This document shows, one piece after another, positions 59,679 through 64,000 of a DNA stretch of 64,000 bases. Numbering within the stretch: position 1 is the first letter of the stretch; the number at the start of each line of letters is the position of its first letter. A model generated the notes under the pieces. It was not told the origin of the DNA, did not search any database, and was given only the letters and a program-made list of their open reading frames with translations. Source of the stretch: an uncultured Candidatus Saccharibacteria bacterium (GTDB lineage Bacteria; Patescibacteriota; Minisyncoccia; Phycocordibacterales; CSBR16-119); assembly GCA_964426385.1 (NCBI GenBank), contig CAYRQF010000002.1, positions 7,037-71,036 of the forward strand, in the 5' to 3' direction. The position numbers and the translations under genes are program-made.

Positions 59679-60650
59679 ATGAAAATCTTGAAACACTTGA
59701 TCGCATTTGTTGCGGTCTACCTCGGAGTGACCGAGTCGAGCGCTCAGACGATGAACATCGTGTGGGATGCGAACATCAGACCGAATTCACGAACGGTTCG
59801 TCTCTCGTATGATTTCGGAAACACGACCTACACCCTCAAGGTGCATGTCAGAGACCTCGGCGATGATCAACCTGTGTGGACATACTATGAGCAGCTCGAC
59901 ATGCAACTTTCGGGGTCCGGGACGTTCACGCTTCTCGTGGACTATGGCATCCAGGATCACCAGCATACGCATCAGATCGATTTTCGACTGAAAGAGCAGG
60001 GCAGTTCGTCGGCATGGCTTGAGAATCCGAACTGGCAAGTGGCTGGTTTCCAGCCACTTGATCCAGCGACGCTCACCATCACCGATGTGCAGGATAACCA
60101 GCACTACTACCGGTTTACCGTGGAAGCCAAATACGGTCAGCAGATCCAGGAGGACTCGGTCAAGCTCGTGATGGATATCGACAACATCTCGGACGGTAAT
60201 AGCGATCAGCAGACCGTTTTTATCAATGCGGGTCAGACCTTTACTTGGAACCCAGAGCTATATTTCTGGGGTCCTGGGGTCTATCAGGTCTGCTTTGAGA
60301 TCTGGTACAAGGACGCCAACGTTTTCCCGCTTTGGAACTGGACGCTTATCAAGACGAACTGCGGATATCCCGATCCGATGGTCATCGAGTATGACTTATC
60401 GACCGCTACTGAAGAGGTCGAAGCCCCGAAATGTGGTTCGCCCAAGGCATGGCCGAATCCGACATCGGGACCCATCACGCTCGAAGGTTTCGCGCCCGAG
60501 CGTGAGATCAACCTGGTGGATGCAGCCGGCAAAACCATCACCTCCTACAGTGGTATGACGCAGCAGCTGGATCTTTCGATGTTCAGCAATGGCGTGTATG
60601 TCCTCTCGCAGGGCGACAAGGGATGTTTCAGTGTGGTGAAGCAGAATTGA
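59679..60650 (+). CDS. secreted protein with a C-terminal T9SS (Por secretion system) type-A sorting domain
   Basis: Signal peptide. The C-terminus reads AWPNPTSGPITLEGFAPEREINLVDAAGKTITSYSGMTQQLDLSMFSNGVYVLSQGDKGCFSVVKQN and matches the PNP...G..I.L.D..GK......L..G.Y.... pattern of the T9SS C-terminal sorting domain. The gene is GC-richer than its flanks. Confidence 0.7.
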   Translation: MKILKHLIAFVAVYLGVTESSAQTMNIVWDANIRPNSRTVRLSYDFGNTTYTLKVHVRDLGDDQPVWTYYEQLDMQLSGSGTFTLLVDYGIQDHQHTHQIDFRLKEQGSSSAWLENPNWQVAGFQPLDPATLTITDVQDNQHYYRFTVEAKYGQQIQEDSVKLVMDIDNISDGNSDQQTVFINAGQTFTWNPELYFWGPGVYQVCFEIWYKDANVFPLWNWTLIKTNCGYPDPMVIEYDLSTATEEVEAPKCGSPKAWPNPTSGPITLEGFAPEREINLVDAAGKTITSYSGMTQQLDLSMFSNGVYVLSQGDKGCFSVVKQN

Positions 60651-60659
60651 CGACTTCTC

Positions 60660-60722
60660 GCGAAAGCGATAAGTGAGGGCCCTGGGATGATTCCCGGGGC
60701 CTTTCGCTTTTCATGGTAATTT
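60660..60722 (+). terminator. compound GC-rich terminator (GCGAAAGCG..GGCCCTGGGA tgat TCCCGGGGCC..CGCTTTCGC plus a T-run)
   Basis: Nested inverted repeats. Confidence 0.6.
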
Positions 60723-60774
60723 CATTTTATATGTATAAAATTGTATAATTAGCACTCATAAATTAATAAAAGAC

Positions 60775-62022
60775 ATGCAAAATAATCCATTTCAAAACTA
60801 CATCGAGAACCTCGAGCGCGCGAAGCTTGCACTGGGACTGATTGATGCCGAGATAGAAAAGCTCAAGACTCCTCAGAACATTATCCAGAGCGACCTCTCT
60901 ATAGAAACAAGTCATGGGATGGAAACTTTTCCTGCGTATCGTGTTCAGTTCAACAATGCTCGTGGGCCTTTTAAGGGTGGCATCAGATTCCATCCTGGAG
61001 CGGACCTTGATGAAGTCAAAGCTCTCGCTGCACTCATGGCAGTCAAATGCGCCGTTGTGGGGATACCTCTCGGTGGAGCCAAAGGAGGTGTGACAATTGA
61101 TCCGAAAAAATACAATGCAGTCGATCTCGAGAAGGTAGCTCGCGGATGGGCGCGTGTCATGGCACCTAGTATCGGAGTGGACAAGGACATTCCGGCACCG
61201 GACGTGTACACGAACGGTCAGACGATGTCTCATATCCTCGACGAGTATGAGTCTATCGTTGGGCATGCTGAACCTGGAGTGATCACAGGAAAGCCTCTCG
61301 AGCTCGGTGGGTCACTAGGTAGGAATATCGCCACAGCTCGTGGAGGAATCTATATACTCGAAGAGATGGTGAAGGATATGGGACTCAAAGAGTCTGATTT
61401 GCGGGTTGCTATACAGGGCTTCGGCAATGCGGGCTATACGGCCGCTTCAATACTTCATCGTAAAGGGTTCAAGATTGTGGCTATTTCTGATTCTTCGGGC
61501 GGACTTGCATCCTCTGTCGGGATAGATCCTGAGGAGGTGAATAGATTCAAAGAAGAAACAGGTAAGGGTATGACGGAATTTACAAAGGATGGTCTCACGA
61601 CGATCACTAATGCAGAGCTACTTCTGACCGACTGTGACATTCTTATCCCAGCTGCGTTAGATAATCAGATTACTTCAGAGAACGCAGGCAGTATAAAAGC
61701 GAAAATTATCCTCGAGCTAGCTAATGGTCCGACAACTCCCGAAGCTGATGAGATACTTTTCAAGAATGGAATTACGCTGGTGCCTGACGTACTTGCAAAT
61801 GCGGGCGGAGTCACTGTCTCATATTTCGAGTGGGTGCAGAATAGATCAGGAGACGTTTGGGATGAGGCAACTGTTCTCGAGAAGTTACGCAAGATAATGG
61901 TTGAAAGTTACAGGAGTGTCTATGTTCTCGCCAAGGAAAAGAATGTCGATCTACGTCTCGGGGCATTCTCGCTCGGCATCAAGCGAATCATGGATGCGAT
62001 GAAGCTTCGCGGACGAGTCTAG
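60775..62022 (+). CDS. gdhA: Glu/Leu/Phe/Val-type glutamate dehydrogenase
   Basis: GGAKGG catalytic-Lys motif and a Rossmann motif GFGNAGY. Confidence 0.9.
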   Translation: MQNNPFQNYIENLERAKLALGLIDAEIEKLKTPQNIIQSDLSIETSHGMETFPAYRVQFNNARGPFKGGIRFHPGADLDEVKALAALMAVKCAVVGIPLGGAKGGVTIDPKKYNAVDLEKVARGWARVMAPSIGVDKDIPAPDVYTNGQTMSHILDEYESIVGHAEPGVITGKPLELGGSLGRNIATARGGIYILEEMVKDMGLKESDLRVAIQGFGNAGYTAASILHRKGFKIVAISDSSGGLASSVGIDPEEVNRFKEETGKGMTEFTKDGLTTITNAELLLTDCDILIPAALDNQITSENAGSIKAKIILELANGPTTPEADEILFKNGITLVPDVLANAGGVTVSYFEWVQNRSGDVWDEATVLEKLRKIMVESYRSVYVLAKEKNVDLRLGAFSLGIKRIMDAMKLRGRV

Positions 62023-62133
62023 TTTAAGAAATGGGACCTGTCCCGTTAGTGATTAATGATTAGGAACACTTCAAGTCTAGGTAAATTCAAGAGATATGAT
62101 CGATTTATTATTCCGGAAATATTTTAATCACTA

Positions 62134-63243
62134 ATGGGATATATATCTTCGAAAAAAAGAAGCCTCGAAGAGTTCATAGAGAGAAATCGTCGGTTTATCA
62201 TGCCGACAGTGTTGCTCGGGGGATTTGGTGTCGACACTTTGACTCTCCAGCAGGTAGACCGAGTATTCGATAACGTGGTTCTGCTGTCACACCTACTAAT
62301 CGTGTCGGTCTGCATCATACTGCTCTTCACGAAAAATACTGCTTGGGGTGCGAGATTTCGGATAGTCGATAAAGATTCGATTATTAACGCCATCATGCTC
62401 TTCTCCTTCGGAGGACTTTTCTCTGGATTTACAATATTCTACTCGAAGTCTGGTTCACTCATCTCGAGCTGGCCATTCATACTGTTTATGCTCGTGGTGA
62501 TGCTCGGGACGGAAATAAAGAAAAATTATTTTCAGGAACTCATCCGACAGATCAGTATCTACTATATTGCTGTCTTTTCTTACCTGATATTTTCTATTCC
62601 AGTTTTGGTGAGCCGTATGGGTGCGGCGATATATCTCCTGTCTGGAGTAGTGAGTCTACTGTTTATATTCTTTTTCATTTTCGTACTCTCACGGGTGAAC
62701 CGGCGTGACTTACTCGCAAACAAGAAAAAGATTCTCATTCGTATATTCTCGATTTTCGCCATATTTAACATCCTCTATTTCTTGAACATCATCCCACCGA
62801 TACCTCTGTCGCTGAAGTTTCGTGCGGTATATCACGACTTTGAACGTGTCCAGGCAGTAGAGTACAAAGGATACTATGAGAAAGCTCCTATGCTCGAGTT
62901 CTGGCACAAGAGGGACAATGTATTCCATCGGAGGGATGGTGAACCAGTCTACGTCTACACTGAAGTCTATGCACCGGTTAAACTCTCGACCGAGATATAT
63001 CACAAGTGGGAGTATTTTGATACAGAGCGCACGCGTTGGGTGCCGTCGACGCAGGTTCTGATACCTATTACCGGTGGACGAGCAGAAGGATTCCGCGGTT
63101 ATTCTCAGAAGACGAACATTGATCCCGGTACATGGCGGGTGAAGGTGACCACTGCGCGCGGACAGACACTCGGACAGATAACATTCCGTGTAAAACCGAT
63201 TGAAGGTGAGACTCTAGATCTGCGACAGGAAGCATTCTATTAA
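62134..63243 (+). CDS. polytopic membrane protein with a C-terminal soluble beta-rich domain (possibly DUF2914-like)
   Basis: About 6 TM helices followed by a ~150-aa hydrophilic domain. Confidence 0.5.
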   Translation: MGYISSKKRSLEEFIERNRRFIMPTVLLGGFGVDTLTLQQVDRVFDNVVLLSHLLIVSVCIILLFTKNTAWGARFRIVDKDSIINAIMLFSFGGLFSGFTIFYSKSGSLISSWPFILFMLVVMLGTEIKKNYFQELIRQISIYYIAVFSYLIFSIPVLVSRMGAAIYLLSGVVSLLFIFFFIFVLSRVNRRDLLANKKKILIRIFSIFAIFNILYFLNIIPPIPLSLKFRAVYHDFERVQAVEYKGYYEKAPMLEFWHKRDNVFHRRDGEPVYVYTEVYAPVKLSTEIYHKWEYFDTERTRWVPSTQVLIPITGGRAEGFRGYSQKTNIDPGTWRVKVTTARGQTLGQITFRVKPIEGETLDLRQEAFY

Positions 63244-63292
63244 TCCCCAATTTTGACAGAGAGACTCCTTTTACGGTGATACAATTAGTAAT

Positions 63293-64000
63293 ATGAAAAA
63301 AGATATTGAGAGAGCTCTGTACTCCATCGGAGCCTTGGCACTGGTTGTAGTCGTAACCTGGCTGTTCTCATTAACAATCGTAAGCCGTGACACCCAACAA
63401 GCTCGTGTTACATCTTCTACTGCGTCCAAATACCCAACAAGCGACGAAGCTCTAAAAACTCTCATGAGTGAACGGGCTCGAACAACATCATTCAGAGATC
63501 GCGACTTCGCTTCAGCTTGCGTCGCCGGCGCTATCAAATGCGGCAAGATCGTCATAGAAAAGAGCGCTCTTCCAGAATCAAACCTTGATTTCACTTTTTA
63601 TACCAACGTCCCAAACTATCCGAGCTTTATGCTCGATGATGACGCCACGCTTGATAACTCAGCACTTCCAAATACTCAAACGATTTTTACCTCTCCAAAC
63701 GGCAACTACATTGTCGCCGAGATGCCATCACCAAGCGAATACAGTACGGTCCTAGCGTGCTCTGATCCGTCAGGGAACTCTGTCGTACTTACCGGAAGTG
63801 TTGCCGCCGTTATTATCAATATGAATGCGGGTGAGACTGTTAATTGTACGTTTAGGAATATTATGGTGCCACAAGAGCCGATGGCGTGTGAACCGGATAC
63901 ATGGACACAAAAGGCAGATTTTGGTGGTGTCGGTAGAAATGGTGCAACAGGATTTTCTATCGGGACCAAGGGGTATATCGGTACGGGATATAATAATTTA
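63293..64000 (+). CDS. N-terminal part of a membrane-anchored/secreted protein that continues beyond the window (3'-truncated)
   Basis: Hand translation from ATG 63293: MKKDIERALYSIGALALVVVVTWLFS... The frame stays open to the window end (236 codons). It is absent from the ORF track because it has no stop. Confidence 0.45.
   Translation, partial: MKKDIERALYSIGALALVVVVTWLFSLTIVSRDTQQARVTSSTASKYPTSDEALKTLMSERARTTSFRDRDFASACVAGAIKCGKIVIEKSALPESNLDFTFYTNVPNYPSFMLDDDATLDNSALPNTQTIFTSPNGNYIVAEMPSPSEYSTVLACSDPSGNSVVLTGSVAAVIINMNAGETVNCTFRNIMVPQEPMACEPDTWTQKADFGGVGRNGATGFSIGTKGYIGTGYNNL

Noticed and set aside
63271-63969. Minus-strand ORFs 63271..63594 and 63706..63969
   Set aside because: A longer + strand frame with an N-terminal TM helix stays open to the window end. 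The minus translations lack features.

Overview
The window is mostly + strand, compact and AT-rich (by eye roughly low-to-mid 40s % GC), with several short GC-richer patches. The gene content resembles a small-genome monoderm bacterium, possibly CPR/Patescibacteria-like; that placement is inference only. All calls below were made by eye from the translations and DNA; no searches were run.

Left third (about 0.6-19.6 kb):
- tatC plus an unlisted tatA.
- A 940-aa secreted giant repeat protein ending in a dockerin-like module, followed by two paralogous membrane-anchored secreted proteins with cohesin-like N-domains.
- A SWIB-domain protein.
- comFC lying divergent to a complete type IV pilus locus: pilM, pilN-like, pilO-like, a membrane protein, pilB, pilT, pilC, the major pilin pilA, the prepilin peptidase pilD, and four minor pilins.

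Centre:
- ligA, gatC and gatA without an adjacent gatB.
- A tRNA cluster of five or six tRNAs that includes two anomalous tRNA-like elements and a GC-rich structured spacer.
- prfB, ftsE/ftsX and pyrG.

Accessory patchwork (about 29-43 kb):
- An ANT(2'')-like nucleotidyltransferase, a LOG-family protein and an Na+/H+ antiporter.
- A tRNA-Gln followed by HNH, MazG-like, DUF952-like and TspO-like genes, then M23, HAD, peptidase S51, NUDIX and AI-2E transporter genes.

Right third:
- RNA and protein housekeeping: rluB-like, an MFS transporter, RNase J, a peptide-binding protein, secG, secA, dnaE, rnhB, truB and gdh.
- A frameshifted yjjX-like NTPase and a GH73-like cell-wall hydrolase behind a canonical promoter with a leader.
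- A GC-rich gene whose product carries a Bacteroidota-type T9SS C-terminal sorting domain.

The most interesting candidates are the cohesin/dockerin-like surface module beside the pilus locus, the T9SS-sorted protein island, the tRNA-cluster anomalies and the tRNA-Gln-associated accessory island.
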